DNA of 64,000 nt from the NCBI RefSeq assembly GCF_009914755.1, contig NC_060933.1; one strand, given 5' to 3'. The position numbers were made by a program, and so were the translations under genes. The stretch is from the human T2T-CHM13v2.0 reference genome, Homo sapiens. Shown piece by piece: positions 13,601 to 26,679 of the stretch. Each line of letters starts with the position of its first letter. Positions within the stretch are counted from its first letter, which is position 1. Below the pieces are notes generated by a model. That model was not told where the DNA came from, searched no databases, and saw only the letters and a list, made by a program, of their open reading frames with translations.

Positions 13601-16600
13601 AATCCGAATGTAATGGAATGGAATGGAACGGAATGGAATGGAATGGAATGGAATGGAATGGAATGGAATGGAATGCAATGGAATGGAATCAACCCGAGTA
13701 CAGGGGAATGGAATGGAATGGAATGCAATGGAATGGAATCATCCGTAATGGAATGGAAAGGAATGGAATGGAATGGAAATGGAATGGAATGGAATGGAAT
13801 GGAATCAACACGATTGCAATCGAATGGAATGGAATGGAATTGACCCGAATAGAATTGAATGGAATGGAATGGAACGGAACGGAATGGAATGGAATGGAAT
13901 GGAATGGAACGGAACGGAACGGAATGGAATGGAATGGAATGGAATGGAATGGAATGGAATGGAATCAACGCGAGTGCAGGGGAATGGAATGGAATGGAAT
14001 GCAATGGAATGGAATCTTCCGGAATGGAATGGAATGGAATGGAATGGAATGAAATGCAATGGATTCAACTCGATTGCAATGGAATGGAATAGAATGGAAT
14101 GGAAAGGAATGGAATGGAATTAACCCGAATAGAATGGAATGGAATGGAACGGAATGGAACGGAATGGAACGGAATGGAATGGAATGGAATGGAATGGAAT
14201 GGTATGGAATGGAATAGAATGGTATGGAATAGAATGGAATGGAACGAATTGTAATGGAATGGAATTGAATGGAATGGAATGGAATGGAATGGAATCAACG
14301 CGAGTGCAGGGGAATGTAATGGAACGGAATGCAATGGAATGGAATCATCCGGAATGGAATGGAATGGAATGGAATGGAATGGAATGGAATCAACCCGAGT
14401 GCAATGGAATGGAGTGGAAAGGAATGGAATGGAATGGAACAACCCGAATGGAATGGAATGTAATGGACAGTAAGGGAGTTGAATAGAATCAATCCGAATG
14501 TAATGGAATGGAATGCAACAGAATGGAATGGAATGGAATGGAATGGAATGCAAAGGAATGGAATCAACCCGAGTGGAATGGCATGGAATGGAATGCAATG
14601 GAATAGAATGGAATGGAATCAACTCGAGTGGAAAGGAATGGAATGGAATGGAAAGGAATGGAATGAAGTCAACTCGAGTGGAATGGAATGGAATGGAATG
14701 GATTGGAATGGATTGCAATGGAATGAAATGGAATGGAATGGAATGGAATCAATCATTCCGAGTGGAATGGAAGGGAATGTAATGGAGTGAAAAGAAGGGA
14801 ATGGAATCAACCCGAGTGGAATGCAAGGCAATGGAATGGAATGGAAAGGAATGGAATGGAATCAACTCGATTGCAATGGAATGGAATGGAATGGAATGGA
14901 ATGGAATGGAATTAACCGGAATAGAATGGAATGGAATGGAATGGAACGGAATGGAATGGAATGGAAGGAAATGGAATCAACACGAGTGCAGGGGAATGGA
15001 ATGGAATGGAATGCAATGGAGTGGAATCATCCGGAATGGAATGGAATGGAATGGAATCAACTCCATTGCAATGGAATGGAATGGAATGGAATGGAATAGA
15101 ATGGAATGGAATTAACCCGAATAGAATGTAATGCAATAGAATGGAATGCAACGGAACCGAATGGAGTGGAATGGAATGGAATGGAATCAACCCGAGTACA
15201 GGGGAATGGAATGGAATGGAATGCAATGGAATGGAGTCATCCGTAATGGAATGGAAAGGAATGGAATGGAATGGAATGGAATGGAATGGAATGGAATGGA
15301 ATGGAATCAACTCGATGGCAATCGAATGGAATGGAATGGAATTAACCCGAATAGAATGGAATGGAATGGAATGGAACGGAACGGAATGGAATGGAATGGA
15401 ATGGAATGGAATGGAATGGAAAGGAACGGAACGGAATGGAACGGAATGGAATGGAATGGAATCAACGCGAGTGCAGGGGAATGGAATGGAATGGAATGCA
15501 TTCGAATGGAATCTTCCGGAATGGAATGCAAAGGAATGGAATGGAATGAAAGGCAATGGATTCAACTCGATTGCAATGGAATGGAATAGAATGGAATGGA
15601 ATGGAATGGAAAGGAATGGAATTGAATGGAATGGAATACCTTCAAACCGAATGGAATGGAAAGGAATGGAATCAACACGAGTGGAAAGGAATGGAATGGA
15701 AAGGAATGGAATGGAATGGTACGGAATAGAATGGAATGGAACGAACTGGAATGGAATGGAATGGAATGCAATGGAATGGAATGGAATGGAATCGTTCCGA
15801 GTGGAATAGGATGGAATGGATTCGAGTGGAATGGAAAGGAATGGAATCAACCAGAGTGGAATGGAAGGGAATGGAAAGGAATGGAAACTAATAGAATGGA
15901 ATCAACCCGAGTGGAATGGAATGGAAAGGACTGGAATGGAATGGAATGGAATGGAATGGTATGAAATCAACTCGATTATAATGGAATGGAATGGAATGGA
16001 ATGGAATGGAATGGAATGGAATGGAATGGAATTAACCCGAATACAATGGAATGGAATGGAATGGAACGGAATGGAGTGGAATGGAATGGAATCAACCCGA
16101 CTGCAGGGGAATGGAATGGAATGGAATGCAATGCAATGGAATCATCCGGAATGGAATGGAATGGAATGGAATGCAAAGCAATGGAATCAACTCGATTGCA
16201 ATGGATTGGAATGGAATGGAAAGGAATAGAATGGAATCAACCCGAGTGCAATGGAATGGAAAGGACTGGAATGGAGTGGAATGGAATGGAATGGAATGGA
16301 ATGGAATCAACTCGATTGTAATGGAATGGAATGGAATGGAATGGAATGGAATGGAATTAACCCGAATAGAATGGAATGGAATGGAATGGAACAGAATGGA
16401 ATGGAATGGAATGGAATGGAATGGAATGGATTGGAATCAACCCGACTGCAGGGGAATGGAATGGAATGGAATGGAATGGAATCATCCGGAACGGAATGGA
16501 ATGGAATGGAATGGAATCAACTCGATTGCAATGGAATGGAATGGAATGGAATGGAATCGAATGGAATGGAGTGGAATTAACCGGAATAGAATGGAATGGA

Positions 16601-19600
16601 ATGGAATGGAACGGAATGAAATGGAATGGAATGGAATGGAATGGAATGGAATGGAATCAACCCGAGTGCAGGGGAATGGAATGGAATGGAATGCAATGGA
16701 ATGGAATCATCCGGAATGGAATGGAATGGAATGGAATGCAATCAACCTGATGCAATGGAATGGAGTGCAATGGAATGGAATGGAATGGAAACATCCCGAA
16801 TGGAATGGAATGTAATGGAGTGTAAGGGAATTGAATAGAATCAATCCGAATGTAATGGAATGGAATGGAATGAAATGGAATGGAATGGAATGGAATGGAA
16901 TCAACCTGAGTGCAATGGAATGGATTCGAATGGAATGGAATGGAATGGAATGGATTCAACAAGAATGGAATGGAAAGGAATGGAATCAACCCGAGTGTAA
17001 TGGCATGGAATGGAACGGAATGGAATGGGATGGAATGGAATGGTACGGAATACAATGGAATGGAATGAAATGGAATAGAATGGAATGGAATGGAATGGAA
17101 TGGAATGAACCCGTGTGCAATGGAATGGAATGGAATGCATTGGAATGGATTCAACTCGAATGGAATCAACTCGATTGCAATGGAATGGAATGGAATTGAA
17201 AGGAATAGAATGGAATCAACCCGAGTGGATTGGAATGGAAAGGACTGGAATGGAGTGGAATGGAATGGAATGGAATGGAATTAACCCGAATAGAATGAAA
17301 TGGAACGGAATGGAATGGAATGTAATGGAATGGAATGGAATGGAATCAACCCGAGTGCAGGGGAATGGAATGGAATGGAATGCAAAGGAATGGAATCATC
17401 CGGAATGGAATGGAATGGAATGGAATGGAATGGAATCAACTCGATTACAATGGAAATGGAATGGAATAGAATGGAATGGAATTAACACGAATAGAATGGA
17501 AAGGAATGGAATTGAATGGAACAGAAAGGAATGGAATGGAATGGAATGGAATCAACCCAAGTGCAGGGGAATGGAATGGAATGAAATTCAATGGAATGGA
17601 ATCATCCGGAATGGAATGGAATGGAATGGAATGGAATGGAATGGAATGGAATCAACCCGAGTGCAATGGAATGGAGAGGAATGGAATGGAATGGAATGGA
17701 AACTACACGAATCGAATGGAATGTAATGGAGTGTAAGGGAATTGAATAGAATGAATCCGGATGGAATGGAATGGAAAGGAATGGAATGGAATGGAATGGA
17801 ATGGAATGGAATGCAATGCCATGGAATCAACCCGAGTGCAATCGAATGGAATCGAATGGAATGGAATGCAATGGAATGGATTCAACGTGAATGGAATGGA
17901 AAGAATGGAATCAACACGAGTGGAATGCCATGGATTGGAATGGAATGGAATGGAATCAACCCGAGTACAGGGGAATGGAATGGAATGGAATGAAATGGAA
18001 TGGAATCATCCGTAATGTAATGGAAAGGAATGGAATGGAATGGAATGGAATCAACTCTATTGCAATCGAATGGAATGGAATGGAATTAACCCGAATAGAA
18101 TGGAATGGAATGGAATAGAATGGAATGGAACGGAAAGGAACGGAATGGAATGGAATGGAATGGAATGGAATGGAATGCAATGGAATCAACTGATTGCAAT
18201 GGAATGGAATGGAATGGAACGGAATGGAATGGAATGGAATGGAATTAACCCGAATAGAATGGAATGGAATTAAATGGAACGGAACGGAATGGAATGGAAT
18301 GGAATGGAATGGAATGGAATGGAATGGAATCAACCCGACTGCAGGGGAATGGAATGGAATGGAATGCAATGGAATGGAATCTTCCGGAATGGAATGGAAT
18401 GGAATGGAATGAAATGAAATGCAATGGATGCAACTCGATTGCAATGGAATGGAATAGAATGGAATGGAATGGAATGGAATGGGATTAACCCGAATAGAAT
18501 GGAATGGAATGGAATGGAACGGAATGGAACGGAATGGAATGGAATGGAATGGAATGGATTGGAATGGAATGGTATGGAATGGAATGGAATGGTACGGAAT
18601 AGAATGGAATGGAACGAATTGTAATGGAATGGAATTGAATGGAATGGAATGGAATGGAATCAACGCGAGTGCAGGGGAATGTAATGGAACGGAATGCAAT
18701 GGAATGGAATCATCCGGAATGGAATGGAATGGAATGGAATGGAATGGAATCAACCCGAGTGCAATGGAATGGAGTGGAATGGAATGGAATGGAATGGAAC
18801 AACCCGAATGGAATGGAATGTAATGGAGAGTAAGGGAGTTGAATAGAATCAATCCGAATGTAATGGAATGGAATGCAACGGAATGGAATTGAATGGAATG
18901 GAATGGAATGGAATGGAATGGAATGCAAAGGAATGGAATCAACCCGAGTGGAATGGCATGGAATGGAATGCAATGGATTGGAATGGAATGGAATCAACTC
19001 GAGTGGAAAGGAATGGAATGGAATGGAAAGGAATTGAATGAAGTCAACTCGAGTGGAATGGAATGGAATGGAATGGATTGGAATGGATTGCAATGGAATG
19101 CAATGGAATGGAATGGAATGGAATCAATCATGGAAGGGAATGTAATGGAGGGGAAAGAAGGGAATGGAATCAACCCGAGTGGAATGCAAGGCAATGGAAT
19201 GGCATGGAAAGGAATGGAATGGAATCAACTCGATTGCAATGGAATGGAATGGAATGGAATGGAATGGAATGGAATGGAATGGAATTAACCGGAATAGAAT
19301 GGAATGGAATGGAATGGAGCGGAATGGAATGGAATGGAAGGGAATGGAATCAACACGAGTGCAGGGGAATGGAATCGAATGGAATGCAATGGAATGGAAT
19401 CATCCCGAATGGAATGGAATGGAATGGAATCAACTCGATTTCAATGGAATGGAATGGAACAGAATGGAACGGAATTAACACGAATAGAATGGAATGGAAT
19501 GGAATGGAATGGAACAGAAAGGAATAGAATGGAATGGAATGGAATCAACCCAAGTGCAGGGGAATGGAATGGAATGGAATTCAATGGAATGGAATCATCC

Positions 19601-21049
19601 GGAATGAAATGGAATGGAATGGAATGGAATGGAATGGAATCAACCCGAGTGCAATGGAATGGAGAGGAATGGAATGGAATGGAATGGAAACTACACGAAT
19701 GGAATGGAATGTAATGGAGTGAAAGGGAATTGAATAGAATGAATCCGAATGGAATGGAATGGAATGGAATGGAAAGGACTGGAATGGAATGGAATGGAAT
19801 GGAATCAACTCGATTGTAATGGAATGGAATGGAATGGAATGGAATGGAATGGAGTGGAATGGAATTAACCCGAATACAATGGAATGTAATGGAATGGAAC
19901 GGAATGGAGTGGAATGGAATGGAATCAACCCGAGTGCAGGGGAATGGAATGGAATGGAATGCAATGGAATGGAATCATCCGGAATGGAATGGAATGGAAT
20001 GGAATGCAAAGCAATGGAATCAACTCGATTGCAATGGAATGGAATGGAATGGAAAGGAATACATTGGAATCAACCCGAGTGGAAAGGAATGGAAAGGACT
20101 GGAATGGAGTGGAATGGAATGGAATGGAATGGAATGGAATCAACTCGATTGGAATGGAATGGAATGGAATGGAATGGAATGGAATTAACCCGAATAGAAT
20201 GGAATGGAATGGAATGGAACGGAACGGAACGGAATGGAATGGAATGGAATGGAATAGAATGGAATGGAATGGAATCAACCCGACTGCAGGGGAATGGAAT
20301 GGAATGGAATGGAATGGAATGGAATAGAATGGAATGGAATGGAATCAACCCGACTGCAGGGGAATGGAATGGAATTGAATGCAATGGAATGGATTCAACT
20401 TGAATGGAATGGAAAGAATGGAATCAACACGAGTGGAATGGCATGGATTGGAATGGAATGGAGTGGAATGACCCCGAGTACAGGGGAATGGAATGGAATG
20501 GAATGCAATGGAATGGAATCATCCGTAATGGAATGGAAAGGAATGGAATGGAATGGAATGGAATGGAATGGAATGGAATGGAATGGAATGGAATGGAATG
20601 GAATCAACTCGATTGCAATCGAATGGAATGGAATGGAATTAACCCGAATAGAATTCAATGGAATGGAATGGAACGGAACGGAACGGAATCGAATGGAATG
20701 GAATGGAATGGAATGGAATGCAACGGAAAGGAATGGAATGCAATGGAATGGAATGGAATGGAATGGAATGGAATGGAATGGAATGGAATCAACGCGAGTG
20801 CAGGGGAATGGAATGGAATGGAATGCAATGGAATGGAATCTTCCGGAATGGAATGGAATGGAATGGAATGGAATGGAATGGAATCAACCCGAGTGCAATG
20901 GAATGGAGTGGAATGGAATGGAATGGAATGGAACAACCTGAATGGAATCGAATGTAATGGAGAGTAAGGGAGTTGAATAGAATCAATCCGAATGTAATGG
21001 AATGGAATGGAACGGAATGGAATGGAATGCAATGGAATGGAAAGAAGGG

Positions 21050-21077
21050 AATGGAATCAACCCGAGTTGATTCCATT
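21050..21077. other. Strand-switch (inversion) breakpoint with 12-bp inverted repeat and 5-bp microhomology
   Basis: AATGGAATCAAC (21050-21061) + CCGA + GTTGATTCCATT (21066-21077). CGAGT (21063-21067) is shared by the left word CAACCCGAGT|GG and the right word GCAAT|CGAGTTGATT. Confidence 0.93.
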
Positions 21078-24000
21078 GCTTTGCATTCCGTTCCATTCCA
21101 TTCCTTTTCATTGTATTCGGGTTAATTCCATTGCATTCCATTCCATTCCTTTCCATTCCATTCCATTCCATTACAATGGAGTTGATTCCATTCCATTCCA
21201 TTCCATTCCATTCCATTCCATTCCAGTCCTTTCCATTCCATTCCACTCGGGTTGATTCCATTCTATTAGTTTCCATTCCATTCCATTCCCTTCCATTGCA
21301 CTCTGGTTGATTCCATTCCTTTCCATTTCACTCGAATACATTCCCTCCTATTCCACTCGGAACGATTCCATTGCATTCCATTCCATTCCAATCCATTCCA
21401 TTCCATTCCATTCCATTCCATTTCGTTCCATTCCATTCTATTCCGTACCATTCCATTCCATTCCATTCCATTCCATTCCATTCCACTCGTGTTGATTCCA
21501 TTCCTTTCCATTCCATTCGGTTTGAAGCCATTCCATCCCATTCAATTCCATTCCATTCCTTTCCATTCCATTCCCCTGTAATCAGGTTTATTCCATTCCA
21601 TTCCATTGCAATCCCTGCCATTCCACTTGTGTTGATTCCATTCTTTCCATTCCATTCAAGTTGAATCCATTCCATTGCATTCCATTCCATTCGATTCCAT
21701 TCGATTGCACTCGGGATGATTCCATTCCATTCCATTCCATTCCATTCCATTCCATTCCATTCCGTTCCATTCCATTCCATTACATTCGGATTGATTCTTT
21801 TTAACTCCCTTACTCTCCATTACATTCCATTCCATTCGGGTTCTTCCATTCCATTCCATTCCATTCCACTCCATTCCATTGCACTCGGGTTGATTCCATT
21901 CCATTGCATTCCATTCCATTCCATTCCATTCCATTCCATTCCGGATGATTCCATTCCATTGCATTCCGCTCTATTACATTCCCCTGCAATCGCGTTGATT
22001 CCATTCCATTCCATTCCATTCCATTCGATTCCATTCCATTCCAATTCGTTCCATTCCATTCTATTCCGTACCATTCCATTCCATTCCATAGCATTCCATT
22101 CCATTCCATTCCATTCCATTCCTTTCCATTCCGTTCTATTCCGTTCCATTCCATTCAATTCCATTCCATTCTATTAGGGTTAATTCCATTCCATTCCATT
22201 CCATTCCATTCTATTCCATTCCATTGCAATCGAGTTGAATCCATTGCATTCCATTCCATTCCATTCCATTCCATTCTATTCCGGAAGATTCCATTCCATT
22301 GCATTCCATTCCATTCCATTCCATTCCATTCCCCTGCACTCGCGTTGATTCCATTCCATTCCATTCCATTCCATGCCATTCCATTCCGTTCCGTTCCGTT
22401 CCATTCCATTCCATTCCATTCCATTCCATTCCGTTCCGTTCCATTCCATTCCATTCCATTCTATTCGGGTTAATTCCATTCCATTCCATTCGATTGCAAT
22501 CGAGTTCATTCCATTCCATTCCATTCCATTCCTTTCCATTCCATTACTGATGATTCCATTCCATTGCATTCCATTCCATTCCATTCTCCTGTACTCGGGT
22601 TGATTCCATTCCATTCCATTCCATTCCATGTGATTCCACTCGTGTTGATTCCATTCTTTCCATTCCATTCAAGTTGAATCCATTCCATTGCATTCCATTC
22701 CATTCGATTCCATTCGATTGCACTCGCGTTGATTCCATTACATTGCATTCCATTCCATTCCATTCCATTCCTCTCCTTTGTACTCGGGTTGGTTCCATTC
22801 CATTGCATTCCATTCCATTCCATTCCGTTCCATTCCATTCCATTGCATTCGGGTTGATTCTATTCAACTCCCTTACTCTCCATTACATTCCATTCCATTC
22901 GTGCTGTTCCATTCCATTCCATTCCATTCCACTCCATTGCATTGCACTCGGGTTGATTCCATTCCATTCCATTCCATTCCATTCCATTCCATTCCGGATG
23001 ATTCCATTCCATTGCATTCCGTTCCATTACATTCGCCTGCACTCGGGTTGATTCCATTCCATTCCATTCCATTCCATATCATTCCATTCGATTCCATTCC
23101 ATTCCAATTCTTTCCATTCCATTCTATTCCGTACCATTCCATTCCATTCCATACAATTCCATTCCATTCCATGCCATTCCATTCCATTCCATTCCGTTCC
23201 GTTCCGTTCCGTTCCGTTCCATTCCATTCCATTCCATTCTATTCGGGTTAATTCCATTCCATTCCATTCCATTCTATTCCACTCCATTGCAATCGAGTTG
23301 AATCCATTGCATTCCATTCCATTCCGTTCCAATGCATTCCGGAAGATTCCATTCCATTGCATTCCATTCCATTCCATTCCCCTGCACTCGCATTGAATCC
23401 ATTCCATTCCATTCCATTCCATTCCATTCCATTCCTTTCCGTTCCATTGCATTCCATTCCATTCCATTCCCTTCCATTCCGTTATGTTCCATTCCATTCC
23501 ATTCCATTCTATTGGGGTTAATTCCATTCCATTCCATTCGATTACAATCGAGTTGATTCCATTCCATTCCATTCCATTCCATTCCATTCCATTCCATTCC
23601 TTTCCATTCCATTACGGATGATTCCATTCCATTGCATTCCATTCCATTCCATTCCCCTGTACTCGGGTTGACTCCATTCCATTCCATTCCAATCCATGCC
23701 ATTCCACTCGTGTTGATTCCATTCTTTCCATTCCATTCAAGTTGAATCCATTCCATTGCATTCCATTCCATTCGATTCCATTCGATTTCACTCGGGTTGA
23801 TTCCATTCCATTGCATTCCATTCCATTCCATTCCATTCCATTCCGTTCCATTCCATTTCATTACATTCAGATTGATTCTATTCATTTCCCTTACACTCCA
23901 TTATATTCCAATCCATTCTGGTTGTTTCCATTCCATTCCATTCCATTTCATTCGTGTTGATTCCATTCCTTTCCATTCCATTCGGTTTGAAGCCATTCCA

Positions 24001-25408
24001 TTCCATTCAATTCCACTCCATTCCATTCCATTCCATTCCATTCCATTCCATTCCATTCAATTCCATTGTACTCGGGTTCATTCCATTCCATTGCATTCCA
24101 TTCCATTCAATTCCATTCCGTTCCATTCCATTCCATTACATTCGGATTGATTCTATTCAACTCCCTTACTCTCCATTACATTCCATTCCATTCGGGTTGT
24201 TCCATTCCATTCCATTCCATTCCACTCCATTCCATTGCACTCGGGTTGATTCCATTACATTCCATTCCATTCCGGAAGATTCCATTCCATTGCATTCCAT
24301 TACATTCCATTCCATTCCCCTGCAGTCGGGTTGATTCCATTCCATTCCATTCCATTCCATTCCATTGCCTTCCATTCCGTTCAATTACATTCCATTCCAT
24401 TCTATTCGGGTTAATTCCATTCCATTCCATTCCATTCTATTCGGGTTAATTCCATTCCATTCCATTCCATTCCATTCCATTCCATTCTATTCCATTCCAT
24501 TGCAATCGAGTTGAATCCATTGCATTTCATTCCATTCCATTCCATTCCATTCCATTCCATTCCATTCCATTCTGGAAGATTCCATTCCATTGCATTCCAT
24601 TCCATTCCATTCCCCTGCACTCGCGTTGATTCCATTCCATTCCATTCCATTCCATTCCATTCCGTTCCGTTCCGTTCCGTTCCGTTCCATTCCATTCCAT
24701 TCCATTCCATTCCATTCCGTTCCGTTCCGTTCCATTCCATTCCATTCCATTCTATTCGGGTTAATTCCATTCCATTCCATTCGATTACAATCGTGTTGAT
24801 TCCATTCCATTCCATTCCATTCCATTCCATTCCATTCCATTCCTTTCCATTCCATTATGGATAAGTCCATTCCATTGCATTCCATTCCATTCCATTCCCC
24901 TGTACTCGGGTTGATTCCATTCCATTGCATTCCAATCCATGCCCTTCCACTCGTGTTGATTCCATTCTTTCCATTCCGTTCAAGTTGAATCCATTCCATT
25001 GCATTCCATTCCATTCGATTCCATTCGATTTCACTCGGGTTGATTTCATTCCATTGCATTCCATTCCATTCCATTCCATTCCATTCCGTTCCATTCCATT
25101 CCATTCCATTCGGATTGATTCTATTCAACTCCCTTACTCTCCATTACATTCCATTCCATTCGGGTTGTTCCATTCCATTCCATTCCATTCCACTCCATTC
25201 CATTGGACTCGGGTTGATTCCATTCCATTCCATTCCATTCCATTCCATTCCGGAAGATTGCATTCCATTGCATTCCATTCCATTCCATTCCCCTGCACTC
25301 GCGTTGATTCCATTCTATTCCATTCGATTCCATTCCATTCCCTTCCTTTCCGTTCCATTCCATTCCATTCCATTCCATTCCATTCCGTTCCTTTCCGTTC
25401 CATTCCAT

Positions 25409-26679
25409 TCCATTCCATTCTATTCGGGTTAATTCCATTCCATTCCATTCGATGGCAATCGAGTAGATTCCATTCCATTCCATTCCATTCCATTCCATTC
25501 CATTCCATTCCATTCCTTTCCATTCCATTACGGATGATTCCATTCCATTGCATTCCATTCCATTCCATTCCCCTGTACTCGGGTTGATTCCATTCCATTC
25601 CATTCCAATCCATGCCCTTCCACTCGTGTTGATTCCATTCTTTCCATTCCATTCTAGTTGAATCCATTCCATTGCATTCCATTCCATTCGATTCCATTCG
25701 ATTGCACTCGGGTTGATTCCATTCCATTGCATTCCATTCCATTCCATTCAATTCAATTCCGTTCCATTCCATTCCATTACATTCGGATTGATTCTATTCA
25801 ACTCCCTTACTCTCCATTACATTCCATTCCATTCGGGTTGTTCCATTCCATTCCATTCCATTCCACTCCATTCCATTGCACTCGGGTTGATTCCATTACA
25901 TTCCATTCCATTCCGGAAGATTCCATTCCATTGCATTCCATTACATTCCATTCCCCTGCACTCGCGCTGATTCCATTCCATTCCATTCCATTCCATTCCA
26001 TTCCGTTCCGTTCCATTCCAATCCATTCCATTCTATTCGGGTTAATTCCATTCCATTCCATTCGATGGCAATCGAGTAGATTCCATTCCATTCCATTCCA
26101 TTCCATTCCATTCCATTCCATTCCATTCCTTTCCATTCCATTACGGATGATTCCATTCCATTGCATTCCATTCCATTCCATTCCCCTGTACTCGGGTTGA
26201 TTCCATTCCATTCCATTCCAATCCATGCCCTTCCACTCGTGTTGATTCCATTCTTTCCATTCCATTCTAGTTGAATCCATTCCATTGCATTCCATTCCAT
26301 TCGATTCCATTCGATTGCACTCGGGTTGATTCCATTCCATTGCATTCCATTCCATTCCATTCAATTCAATTCCGTTCCATTCCATTCCATTACATTCGGA
26401 TTGATTCTATTCAACTCCCTTACTCTCCATTACATTCCATTCCATTCGGGTTGTTCCATTCCATTCCATTCCATTCCACTCCATTCCATTGCACTCGGGT
26501 TGATTCCATTACATTCCATTCCATTCCGGAAGATTCCATTCCATTGCATTCCATTACATTCCATTCCCCTGCACTCGCGCTGATTCCATTCCATTCCATT
26601 CCATTCCATTCCATTCCGTTCCGTTCCATTCCAATCCATTCCATTCTATTCGGGTTAATTCCATTCCATTCCATTCGAT
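25409..26679 (-). repeat. Near-identical tandem duplication, unit 613 bp
   Basis: GATGGCAATCGAGTAG at 25451 and 26064; CTAGTTGAATCC and CTCGCGCTGA in both copies. Identical ORF translations offset by exactly 613 (25713/26326; 25817/26430). Confidence 0.92.

Larger units (their letters stand above)
1..21067 (+). repeat. Satellite III (HSat3) array, G-rich (GGAAT)n strand on +
   Basis: Continuous GGAAT pentamers with variants (GCAAT, GGAAC, GTAAT, AGAAT) and the satellite III interspersed motif CAACCCGA(G/A)T, e.g. AATCAACCCGAGTGCAATCG at 2571-2590. Matches the established definition of human classical satellite III. Confidence 0.97.

Noticed and set aside
20000-22100. Perfect palindrome or fold-back read artefact centred on the strand switch
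   Set aside because: Mirror symmetry ends after 12 bp and the flanks carry different words (e.g. TATTAGTTT ~21264 and CTCCTATTCC ~21345 have no mirror counterpart at ~20780-20870). A misassembly can only be excluded with reads.
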